NCBI GenBank assembly: GCA_002269645.1 | Contig: NIVC01001141.1 | Location: 1 to 64,000 of the forward strand | Direction of reading: 5' to 3' | DNA: 64,000 nt | Origin: Macrostomum lignano | Lineage: Eukaryota | Part shown: positions 23,621-35,768 of the stretch, in pieces | How the letters are laid out: every line of letters starts with the position of its first letter | Position numbering within the stretch: the first letter of the stretch is position 1 | Position numbers and translations under genes: made by a program | The notes under the pieces: model-generated | Told to the model about the DNA's origin: nothing | The model's database searches: none | Seen by the model: the letters and a program-made list of their open reading frames with translations, nothing else

Positions 23621-25997
23621 CTGGTATTAAGCTATAAGCTGGATTTTTGCAATTGCCTATGTCTGTTTTAATCAAGGCCTATATGCTAAAAATTATATTT
23701 TCCATTGGATATTGTATTACAAAAATGATGCAAGTAATTAATAGGACTATGGATATCCTAAAATAAAAGAATGCCTTAAGACCTAATTATCTAGGCTAGG
23801 CCTATGCCTACTCTATGGCTATATTATATTTTATAGTCTTGATAAAAAATTTATTATTATTATGGATATAGTATGGGAAACTATAGATATAAAGATTTTT
23901 TGGCAAAGCATATGCGAATATCTATTTCCTATGTCTAGTTCCTATTCTTGTATCTAGTAATACTATTCAACTTAGACTTGAAAGACCATTGGCATTAGAG
24001 CGATTGATTTGATAGATATATGGTAATAGAAATAAATAAATATTGCTAGTTTCAAAGTGAGAGGAACTTGTAAGTCCTTGTAATTTATTTTAGGATTCAA
24101 GCATTTATATAGATTTTTAGTGCCATGTCCACATTCTGATTGGTCTATATTTATAAAGGCTAAAGTTAATATGAATGTTTTATCATTTTTAAAAAGCTCT
24201 TAGGCCTTACTTAAGTCCTTGCAAGAATTTGGTGACTTAAACAATAGGCCTAGCAAGTTTCAATGCCATATACATGTTGTTAGGTAATAGGATCTAATGT
24301 TAAGATTTTTTTTACTTTTAATGCAGGGACTAATGCTTTTAAGTCCCTAGGGTCAAGGATTAGGATAGGGTTAGGATTGTGAGGGCTAAATTTAAGATGA
24401 CTATTTCCATTTTCATTATAAAGGGAACTCTTAAGTCCTTAGAATTGGGAACTCAAGCAAAAAAGAAATTTTGATACTATATGCATAGGGTGCTAAAATA
24501 GGGAGGGGGCTAAAGTTAAGACATATTTTCACTTTCAATACAAAGGTAGCTTTTATGTCCCTGGGGTTAGGGACTTAGGTCAACATTTTTGATACCACTT
24601 ACACATTGTGTTTGGGATAGTAGGAGCTTTTAAGTTGAATAAAGCTAATGGAAAAGCCACCTAGCATTTCCATTGTCAAAGAAGGCTAGATTACAAAGGA
24701 GGCTTTCTTGGAAACCAACTGATAAGTAAGCCATTGTCCTTACAAAAGATCTTGCATGATACAAATTTGGGATTTTTTTACTTTAGTTATTTAAACAATA
24801 CAAGAAAATATATCAAAAAAGGAGAGAAGGTACAAAAGAAAAGGAAAAAGAGGGAAGAGAGAAGAGAAAAGGCTAGCAGTAGCACTTTGTGTAGCAACCT
24901 AAGGCAAAAGGCTTCCAACCAAATGACTACCAGCCAATCAAAGTTGTCACTCACATAGTAAGTCAGGCCACATTAGGAATGCCCTTATATATAGTGCCAT
25001 ATTAGTCTTGCTACCTAGATGGCTATGCACTCCAAATGTCGCATATAACATAGCCACATGCAGTGTCTAGCTGCCTTTCCAAGGCATCTATCAAGGTTCA
25101 GGTCTCAGCATTATACAATAGTTACAAAAAGTTCACTAGCTATGGCTATAGATATAGATACAGATGGCTATAGGAAAAATGTCAAGATATAGCTATGGAT
25201 ATAGATATAGAAAAATTTAGTTATAGTAAAAACTCTAGTCATTATCATTCATATTGAATACAATTTTTATATTTTATTTCAATGGAATATATGTATATAT
25301 TTTATTTTATTGGACTTTATATATACTTATACCTATTTGAATATTTATACTTGTTATTCTAATCAATTATATATCAAAATGTGTATTAATCCACCTGTAC
25401 TATTTTTTCCTAAAGAATATATATGCTAAACAATATCTAAGGATGCCAAAGTCATTGAGATACCTTAATCTATATTGTTTGTAATATATTAACAATAGGA
25501 ATATCATTTGAAAGTCACATCATAGAAGATTCCATCCATGGTTGCACTTTTGAGAATGTAGGTAAAGTATCTTTTATTTCAAAATAATCTAAGAGAAATT
25601 GCTCAGTGGCATATAGTGGTAACTTTTCAAAGTTGCTGAATATATATTCAGTGTTGGGCACAATTCCAATATTCCAATACTATTGGCAATACCTTTTAGG
25701 TATTGGAGCATTGGAAGCCAATACTTTTTTGACAGTATTGGACTTTGGTAACTTCCAATACAATTTTCAAATTTTCCCAATAGTTCAATAGTCTGATACA
25801 CTAGTAACAAGCAATTTAGTAAACAATGTATATATATACTGTCAGCAATAAATAAATAAATCCACTATTTTAGGTGCATATATTGGGCAAGGCCAAGTTG
25901 AATAAAGGAAAGAAAGGTGACGCGATTTACTTAGGTTTACATGTATAAAGGGTGGAGAGGCAAGGTGTTACCCAATCAGAGATAAGGCTTTAAATTC

Positions 25998-27353
25998 GGG
26001 AGCACCCTAACTGCCAGCTGGAAAACTGCCAGCCGATAACTGCCAGCCGGAAAACTGCCAGCTGACAATTGCCAGCCAACAACTGCCAGCTGACAACTGC
26101 CAGTTGACAACTGCCAGCCGACAACTGCCAGCCGAGAAATCTGCCAGCCAACAAATGCCAGCCAACAAGTTCTAGCTAATTGAATCTACTGTAGCCTACT
26201 TATTAGCTAATTTAAAAGCATGAAACTGTTTGGCTAGCAAAAGGCTTGTGGGGTAGCCTTAAATGTCGCCCTTCCCTTCCCTAAATTTTTCAGATTTCCA
26301 TTAGAAGTATATATGTGAAGGAGAAGGCATTCTGTAATGCCTATTGTAAATAATTCTGTATTGAAAGTTTATTCACTTTTTTATTTATTTTGCGATTGTG
26401 ATTGCTATATGACGCAATCCTAGATAAGTCTATTCATACATGCGCAACAGTCGGCCGAGGCGGCCGATCCGGCCGACTGATTTGGCAGCCAACCAAGGAA
26501 GTCGCAAAAATGCCCACCCAAAAAATACCCAAGTAGTAGTACTAAGTAGCTGACGAGGCATTTTTGCCTAATAAGACAGTTATAGTTACTCCCGCTGTTT
26601 ACCCAAAGTTGCGTTTATTTTGCTTTAGGGTTTTTTTACATGTAAGTCGCATTTTTGGCAAAAAACTACGTCGCATTTTTGTTAAAACTAAGTCGCACGG
26701 CCGACCGAATTTTGGACGTTGCGCATGTATGAGTCTATTAAATTACTTTACTTAAATAAAGCTTTCAAAGAAAGAGCAAAGGCTACCTAAAATACGAAAT
26801 TTGAATGCCTTCTCCTTCACATATATACTTCTAAGGGAAATCTGAAAAATTTAGGGAAGGGAAGGGCGACATTTAAGGCTACCCCACAAGCCTTTTGCTA
26901 GCCAAACAGTTTTGTGCTTTTAACTTAGCTAATAAGTAGGCTACAGTAGATTCAATTAGCTAGAACTTGTTGGCTGGCAGTTGTTGGCTGGCAGATTTCT
27001 CGGCTGGCAGTTGTTGGCTGGCAGTTTTCCGGCTAGCAGTTTTCTGGCTGGCAATTGTCGACTGGAAATTGTCAACTGGCAGTTGTCGGCTGGCAGTTTT
27101 CCAGCTGGCAGTTTTCTCGGCTGGCAATTGTCGGCTGGCAGTTGTCGGCTAGCAGTTGTCGACTGGCAGTTGTCAGCTAACAGTTGTCCGCTGGCAATTG
27201 TCAGCTGGCAGTTTTCTGGCTGGCAGTTGTCGGCTAGCAGTTGTCGACTGGCAGTTGTCAGCTGACAGTTGTCCGCTGGCAATTGTCAGCTGGCAGTTTT
27301 CTGGCTGGCAGTTGTCGGCTAGCAGTTTTCTGGCTGGCAGTTGGGGTGGACCC
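25998..27353. mobile_element. Non-autonomous Mutator-like foldback element with minisatellite-containing long TIRs
   Basis: Inverted arms 25998-26332 and 26803-27353 begin GGG..ACCC.AACTGCCAG. A 9-bp TSD TTTAAATTC lies at 25989-25997 and 27354-27362. The arms contain 14-15-bp ACTGCCAGCCGACA repeats, and no transposase is present. Confidence 0.87.
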
Positions 27354-27931
27354 TTTAAATTCTGTACCTTGGCTTAGAGCATTTAGTCTGGCTGGCTAGT
27401 TACATGTATATATAAATGCACCCAACCCAAAAAACAAGGCTGAGGTTAAGCGTGCAGGTGTACTAATCATAGTCTAGCAGGTTGCCACACTATACTAAAA
27501 CAATAACTCTACTAATAGGCATAAAGAAGACTGTATGCTACAGAGGCTAGTAGGTAGTCAATTGATTGACTACAGTGGCAACTATTGGTTTTTATTTGTT
27601 AATTTAATTTTTTGCTTTACTAAAGGCTTCATCATTTAGAACAATGCTAAGCTTGCTATATTTGCCTTAAAAACCTAGGAGAAGGTCTGAGAATCTTAAC
27701 TTATATGCATTTATATTTGTCAAGATTTCTTTTTGCAAAAACTGGGTATTGAATATAGTATCGGAATTAGGGTATTGCCAATATTCAAATTTGGGTATCA
27801 GACTTTCAGGTTATCAACAATACTTTTTTTTCAGAAAGGGTATTTGAGTATAGGTTTTCATTGATACTTTTTTGAGTATTGTGCCCAATGCTGCATATAT
27901 TAAGCCTTATGAGAGACAAAGCATAGAAGAT

Positions 27932-28022
27932 TTAAACCTTTGACCTTTGACTTTGACTTAAACCTTTGACCTTTGACTTTGACTTAAACCTTTGACCTTT
28001 GACTTTGACTTAAACCTTTGAC
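27932..28022. repeat. 26-bp tandem repeat, about 3.5 copies
   Basis: TTAAACCTTTGACCTTTGACTTTGAC repeated. Confidence 0.85.
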
Positions 28023-28890
28023 TATTTAAACCTTGACCTTATACTAGAAGATGATTGACTAAATATATGTTGCAAGTTTTATTTTACTTTGTAAGCATTT
28101 TTTGTCAACATTATTAATGTTTATATTATTAATCACACATGATTCTCTATTACAATGTATTAACAATAGAACTCAAAAAAATTAATACTTGATTTAATCA
28201 ATCAATGATTTAATAATTCAATCAATTGATTGACACTTATTAGCTTTGTATTGACAATAATTGCCATGTGCAACACCAAGCTGGCTGATTTAGCTAGCTA
28301 ATAAGTGGCCTAGCCAATATAAATTGCAAAAATGCCTGACCTAAAAAATACAGATTTAATTCTAATTAGATAATAAGGAATTTAGCTTTAATAATATAGT
28401 CATAGTTACTCCTGTTATTTATCCAAAATTGCATTAATTGTTGCTTAGGTTTCTTTTATATGTAAGTTGCATTTTGGTTTTTGGTTGCACAAAGGGCCAA
28501 AGGGGGTAAATGCAATAGGCAATGAAAGATATAGAAAATGTACATTCTTGTAACCATATCCATATCATGTTTTGTCTAAAAGCCTCCATATCTGTAATTT
28601 CTCATACCCATATCTATTAGCTATGGTAGAACTCTAGTGTCAATATTTTCACAATCTTTTTGGCAAGCTTGCAGCAGATTGAAACTTTTCTAAATTACAT
28701 TTGTCTTATCCTTGAAGGCTCATATAGCTTTCCCTCTGCTATAGAGAAGTCATTGCCCATTTCTTCCTGGCTTTCAGAAAACTCACATATTTGGACCAAC
28801 ACATAGGAAAAACATTGATTGCTGCCACTTTCCATAGCTAATTTGACACGCATCCAACTAGAGGCTGACTTCTTGCTCATAGTCTTCCCA

Positions 28891-29340
28891 CTAGCAATCT
28901 ACGCCCCCCGTTGGGGAGCCAAAGAAATGCAATACACGTTTTTTAATAACCTACATGTAGCCTTGAAATCTTAAAAAATCTCCTGTTAAACTTCTAACTT
29001 TAACCCTAACCTTAACCATAACACTAAATTTATTATTTTGTCCATGATTTTTTGCGTGACGCTTCCATTATTTTTGCATGATGCTTCTATGATAAACATT
29101 TTTAATAAGCTACATGAGCTAAAGTTATAAGCTACCAGGCCTAGCCCTAACCTGAATCTTAACGCTATAACCCTGAACCTAACCCTAAACCTTAACCCCA
29201 ACACCAACCCTAACACTAACCCTACAGCCCGACATCTGCATATGTTTTGAAGTGCTAGTAGTATTTTTTAGCTTACTTGTAGTATCTTAGCGCTGGGAGC
29301 CAAAAATGCAGTACAAATTTTGTAATAAACTACATGTAGC
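28891..29340 (-). mobile_element. Short non-autonomous Helitron (3' terminus at 28891; 5' limit uncertain)
   Basis: The minus strand ends GGCTCCCC-AAC-GGGGGGC (hairpin) -GTAGATTG-CTAG|T. About 350 bp are homologous, in inverted orientation, to 36670-36987. Confidence 0.7.
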
Positions 29341-30140
29341 ATCTCAGTGTCAAAGTTTGACTGCTATAGACATGGACTCATTTCACTCAAACCTTTTTGG
29401 CAGTTTCAGCAATGTGTGTCACCAATGTTATATGCTTAGCTGCTGCTACTGATTTCAAACATAAGAGCACTGTTTTAATTTCATTATGCCAATACATATA
29501 TAGCATAGCGAAATGAATGATGCACCCAGCTGGTCTTAGTTCAACTAAAATTTAGATATGTTTAGATAAACATGTATTTAGATAAAGTTACAATGATTTA
29601 TAAGTAATTTATTTTATTGAAAAACCTGGAAGCAGTCCTATATACTAAAAATGAAAATCTTGCTTGCTTGCTTGCTTGTAATCGATTAGAGAAAAAATGG
29701 CTTAACCGATTTTCATGAGACTTGCACTGTTCGATCAGAAATTTTCCCGTGACGGTACATGCATCGTGGCTAAGAAATTGCTCGATGCTAGAGGCATTAA
29801 ATATTCGAAAAATATGCTTTTTTGCAAAGGTCAAGCAAACTTTTCGACTTGAAATGCATTGTAAGAATGCTAGAGAAAAAATTGACTGGTTTATTCTGAT
29901 TCTGAAATAGATTGCATCATAACTGAATTGTAACTCCAACTTGAATTGCGTCACAGTATTGAAAATGCAGTGTGGAAGCGTAGCACCAGACTTGATTTAG
30001 ATTGCGTAACCATATTGTCAACTTTAATTGAGACTGATACTGACTTGCCTAGGAAATTGATTGTCATAACTTTTTTTGTGAGTGAGTGTGGAATTATATA
30101 AAAGCTACACACTTATATAATTCAACACACTACACAAAAC

Positions 30141-30762
30141 TCATAGAAGCGTCATGTAAAAGTCATAGAAGCGTCATGTAAACAATCATAGAAGCGTCAT
30201 GTAAAAGTCATAGAAGCGTCATGTAAACAATCATAGAAGCGTCATGTAAACAATCAAACAAGCGTCATGTAAACAATCATGAAAGCGTCATGTAAACAAT
30301 CATAGAAGCGTCATATAAACAATCATAGAAGCGTCATACAAAAAATCATAGAAGCGTCATGTAAACAATCATAGAAGCGTCATGAAAAATCATAGAAGCT
30401 TCATGTAAAAGTCATAGAAGCGTCATGTAAACAATCATAGAAGCGTCATGTAAACAATCATGGAAGCGTCATGTAAACAATCATGAAAGCGTCATGTAAA
30501 CAATCATAGAAGCATCATGTAAACCATCATAGAAGCGTCATGTAAACAATCATAGAAGCGTCATGTAAACAATCATAGAAGCGTCATGAAAAATCATAGA
30601 AGCGTCATGTAAAAGTCATAGAAGCGTCATGTAAACAATCATAAAAGCGTCATGTAAACAATCGTAGAAGCGTCATGTAAACAATCGTAGAAGCGTCATG
30701 TAAACAATCATAGAAGCGTCATGTAAACAATCGTAGAAGCGTCATGTAAAAATCATAGAAGC
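30141..30762. repeat. 22-23-bp minisatellite (AATCATAGAAGCGTCATGTAAAC), about 27 units
   Basis: Direct reading. Related motifs recur in the Helitron subterminal regions at 36770-36840 and, inverted, at 29040-29095. Confidence 0.95.
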
Positions 30763-30801
30763 AAGAAATTGACGCCAATGAAGTAATACGCGAGCGAAAT
30801 C

Positions 30802-33800
30802 ATGGTGCGAGCGGGCCAGTTCAGTGTGCTACGCTATGGCCGAAGATTATTTCAGCAGTACTTAGTGGACATGTGTGCCAAGATTGAGGCAGAGAGGCTG
30901 CTGTATTTGCGGACCGATCAGCAGGACCTGCGCAGCGAGACGTATAGCGGTCTGCGGGACGCTCTGTTTGCAGCTGATGGCAGGTCTACCGACAGAGATC
31001 CGAGTGACATAGGCAAGCCCGCACATGTGCTTCTGTCCTCAAGCTTCGTTGGTAGGCCAAGGTACCTGATGGAGAGGCTGCAGGACGCTATGACCTATGT
31101 TCACAAGTTTGGTCAGCCGGACCTGTTTGTCACGGCAACATGCAATCCGAATTGGCCTGAGATCAGCGCCCAGCTGCTGCCTGGACAGCGGGCTGAACAC
31201 CGGCCGGACATTGTTAGCCGAGTCTTTTAAATGAAGAAAAAAGCTCTGCTGGCCCAGCTAACGAAGCGCTATGGGAAAGAGGCCGCGCACGTCTGCTCGC
31301 TAGAGTACCAAAAGCGTGGTGAGTGCAAGTCTCAGTATTAAATTTTATGAAATTTAAATCGTTATAATGATACTAAATATAGGTGGGTTTGTATGATGCA
31401 AATTCGATACAGATCGGATAATTGGACTGAAAGATGTCTTGATACTTTTTTTGATAATCCAGGTCTCCCCCATGTGCACTTTCTGCTGTGGCTCGCGAGC
31501 GGCCAGCGGGTGACTCCGGACCGATACGATGACATCGTGTCTGCCGAGATTCCGGACCCACAGCAGCAGCCTGTGCTGTATGAGCTGGTGAAAACGCACA
31601 TGATCCATGGTCCTTGTGGCAAGGACAATCCAGCGTGCCCGTGCATGGAGAATGGCGAATGCAGCAAGGGCTTTCCGAAGGAGTTCCAGCAGGTGACGCT
31701 GATCAGCGATACTGGCTACCCACTGTACCGCAGACTGTCGCCTGAGATAGGTGGATTTACAGTGGACAAACTGTTCAAAGGCCGCAGCATTCGCATGGAC
31801 AATAGGCGAGTCATGAGTATTAGATGCCTCTTGTATTTTATGTTGGAAACGTTTGACAATGTTTTTATCCTTAAACCACAGGTGGGTTGTGCCTTATAGC
31901 CCTGAACTGTTGCTCCAGTTTGCGTGCCACATGAACGTTGAAGTTTGTGCCACTGTAAAGTCGGTCAAGTACGTGATCAAGTACTTGCTGAAGGGCGGCG
32001 ACATGGCAACGTTCAAAGTCAATGCCAATCAGAATTCTGCTGAAGCGACAGAGCAGAGTGCGGGTAGTCAGCAGCCGGCTCAAACGGTAGCGGCAAACGA
32101 TGGAGAGAGGCCGCGTGATGAAATCAAGGAGTATCTGTCTGCGCGCTACATTGGCCCAATGGAAGCTGTGAATACAATTTTGGGCTTTGAAGTAATAAAT
32201 ATTTTAAATTTTAAATATTGCAAAGCTATGGCTTTTTGTATTCGGAAAAACTTAAAAGTGATTATTTCTCTCCCACCTTCTGATCAGGTGCACGACAGAT
32301 TTCCGGCGGTCATCCGGCTCTGCGTTCACAAGTCGGAGGAGCAGCTCGTGTATTTCAACGAGCAGACCGCAAGTGCTAGAGCCAGGACGCCGAGGGACTC
32401 TACGTTGACGGCATTTTTCAAGCTGTGCCGTACTGACGAGTTCGCTCGGTCCTTGCTCTACACGGAGGTGCCGTCCTACTTCGTGTGGCATGCCAGTGAA
32501 AGAGTGTGGCGGCGGGCGAAGCGAGGCGCGAAGCCGATGGCCACCCGGGTGTAGTGCGGAACACAAACGTTGCACGCATGTACACGGTGAGCCCAAGAAC
32601 TGGTGATTTATTTTATGTTCGCATGCTCCTTTTGCGAGTCAAGGGACCAACCAGCTTCGAGGCGCTGCAGACCGTGGACGGCGTTGTGCATCCCAGCGCC
32701 AAGGCTGCTTGCATGGCACTTGGCCTGTTGCAGCGAGATGACCACTGACGACGGTGCCTAGCTGAGGCCGTTCAGTCAAGAATGCCAAGAGCCCTGAGAC
32801 ACCTTCTGGCTGTCATTCTCGTATGGGGCGAGCCTGAGGATGGCAACGACCTCTGGTGCTCTTTTGCCGAAGATATGTGCGAGGACCTGCGGTTCCACCA
32901 TCGAGATCTAAGTGCCGAGGAGATTACTGACCTAGCGCTCCGCGAGCTGCAGAGCATGCTGACCTCCATGGGTGGGAGAAGCCTGCCAGAGTACGGCTTG
33001 CCTGCGGCCTCCGTGATGCCTCAAGATGGACCGATGCAGTTCGATACGATTGAGCAAGCGCAGATTACTGAGGCACGCTTACCAATGCTAACAGACGAGC
33101 AGAAAGCCGCGTACGAGTCAGTGACTCAGGATCTTGTGAGCGGCAACGGCGGCTTGCACTTCCTGGACGCGCCCGCTGGCACTGGCAAAACCTTCCTGCT
33201 GGAGGTTTTGCTGGCCTTCGTGCCCAGCCGGGGTGAAGTCGCTCTCGCCGTTGCGGCTTCTGGAATCGCAGCGACTCTGTTGCCAGGTGGACAAACTGCG
33301 CATTCCACGTGAGTTGTTTATATTTAATTTGTAAATTATTGGTAACTTACGGATAATTAAACAAGTAAATATGTGAATACTTCCTCTGCTGTATGATACC
33401 CAAATTTTTCCATGTCAGGTTCAAGATACCAATTCGGGTATTACGCTCAAACAAGGACGTGTGCGCTGTTGGAGTGCAGTCCAAACAAGCTGATGTATTT
33501 CGCACAGCGCGTCTAATTGTGTGGGACGAGATTTCTATGACAAACCGGAAGGATTTGGAGGCTGTCGACCGGTGCTTGCGAGATGTGCGGAAGCAGGACC
33601 GGTTGTGGTGCATGGGACTCGTGCTAACAGCGTCATGGCGTGTGTGAGCCGATCCTCACTGTCGAAATACTTCCAACGGCATCGCCTGACGAGAAACATC
33701 CGGATGCTGAGCAGTTCCGATTCTGTAGCGTATCAGATGTACACTGAGCTACTCAAGCAGGTAAGTCTGATTTCATCAGTTTATTAAATGATTGACAATG

Positions 33801-34683
33801 ATACACTAGACGCGGATTTGTTTTTGAGCTCAATTTTTTAAGTTTGCGTCATTTAGGAATGCCTATGCTTAAAAGTGTGTATAGGTTATGAAATATTCGA
33901 CATTTTAACCCTCCACAGATCGGATCCGGAACAATGGAGCAGGATGTGGAGGAGAAAGTGTCTCTGCCAGCCGAGATCGTGATTTCTGCGGAAGGGCCTC
34001 TCACTGACCTGATCAATTTTGTGTACCCATCGTTTGAAGAACCAGTGGAGAGAGACAGCTACTTTGCAAACCGAGCGATCCTGGCGCCTTACAATGACTC
34101 AGTGGATACCATCAATGAGACGTGTCTGGGCATGTTCCCCGGAAGCCTGCGAGAGTACCGCTCAATAGACAGTGAGGCCGATGAGGATGCCGCTACGCAC
34201 TTCCCGCCTGAGTTGCTGAACCAGCTGGATGCCCCGAACTTTCCGATTCCCTTGTTGAGGCTGAAAGTGGGTATGCCAGTAGTGCTTCTGAGGAACATCA
34301 ACCCGCCACGGTTGTGCAATGGTACGCGGCTCATCATACTCGCGATGGGCGAGAACGTGATTCGGTGCAAGATTGCCGCTGGCCAGTTCACGGGAGATGA
34401 GATTCTTCTGCCGCGAATCCCGCTGATTCCTAGCAATGCGGACCTGCCCGTCAGTTTTAAACGATTACAGTTCCCTGTGAAGCCGAGTTTCTGCCTGACG
34501 ATCCACAAGTCACAGGGACAGTCTCTGGACACAGTTGGCGTGGACCTCGCTGTCGGTTGCTTCACTCATGGCCATCTGTATACGGCTCTGTCGCGAGCAA
34601 GGAACTCTGCTAATGTCCGTGTCCGTACTTCTGGAACTAAGACGAGGAACGTGGTGTACCCAGAGGTGCTGACTGGAGACTAA
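30802..34683 (+). pseudogene. Helitron Rep (HUH endonuclease)-PIF1 helicase, six exons, 5'-truncated and disrupted
   Basis: FQQYLVD, PDLFVTATCNPNWPEI, EYQKRG|LPHVH (HUH), HMIHGPCG, GYPLYRR, DNR|WVVPY, KYVIKYLLKGGD, Walker A DAPAGTGKT, Walker B WDEISM, HKSQGQSL, HGHLYTALSR, NVVYPEVL. Stops at 31228 and about 32746, a frameshift near 32540, and loss of the GGDFRQ helicase motif near 33600. Confidence 0.93.
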
Positions 34684-34965
34684 GCGATTTCGGACGCTAT
34701 TCGTGAGTTCAAGTCCAAGGGATGTGTTTGAGAAGTGTCTGGCGTCTGACTGTAGAGAATGAAATCAAAGTCGCGTGGAGTCTCAATGAACTGATAGCCC
34801 TGAGAGAGTACATTGAGTAAATCCTATTTACGAGGGATGTTTCATAAGTTCTTTCTTATACTCATCTATAACAGTTTTACATGAACATAATATACAGTCA
34901 TTTAACAGACAAAAACTACAGCCACTGATCATACAGTCACTATGCAGACAGTCTCTAAACAGAAA

Positions 34966-35768
34966 ATAATACAGCCTCTAAACAGACAATACAGCCTCTA
35001 AACAGACAATACAGCCTCTTAACAGACAATACAGCCTCTAAACAGACAATACAGCCTCTAAACAGACAATACAGCCTCTTAACAGACAATACAGCCTCTA
35101 AACAGACAATACAGTCTCTAAACAGACAATACAGCCTCTAAACAGACAATACAGCCTTTAAACAGACAATACAGTCTCTAAACAGACAATACAGCCTCTA
35201 AGCAGGCAATACAGCCTCTAAACAGGCAATACAGTCTCTACAGACAATACGGTCTCTAAACAGACAATACAGTCCCTAAACAGACAATACAGCCTCTAAA
35301 CAGACAATACAGCCTCTAAACAGACAATACGGTCTCTAAACAGACAATACAGTCCCTAAACAGACAATACAGCCTCTAAACAGACAATACAGCCTCTAAA
35401 CAGACAATACGGTCTCTAAACAGACAATACAGTCCCTAAACAGACAATACAGCCTCTAAACAGACAATACAGCCTCTAAACAGACAATACAGTCTCTAGC
35501 CAGACAATACAGTCTCTAAACAGGCAATACAGCCTCTAAACAGACAATACAGTCTCTAAACAGGCAATACAGCCTCTAAACAGACAATACAGTCTCTAAA
35601 CAGACAATACAGCCTCTAAACAGACAATACAGCCTCTAAACAGACAATACAGTCTCTAGCCAGACAATACAGTCTCTAAACAGGCAATACAGCCTCTAAA
35701 CAGACAATACAGTCTCTAAACAGACAATACAGCCTCTAAACAGACAATACAGTCTCTAACAGACAATA
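34966..35768. repeat. 21-bp minisatellite (AAACAGACAATACAGCCTCTA), about 38 units
   Basis: Direct reading. It lies downstream of the helicase stop, inside the proposed Helitron. Confidence 0.96.

Noticed and set aside
26956-27377. ADNCQL/LAGSC repeat ORFs
   Set aside because: Minisatellite within the TIR of the foldback element.
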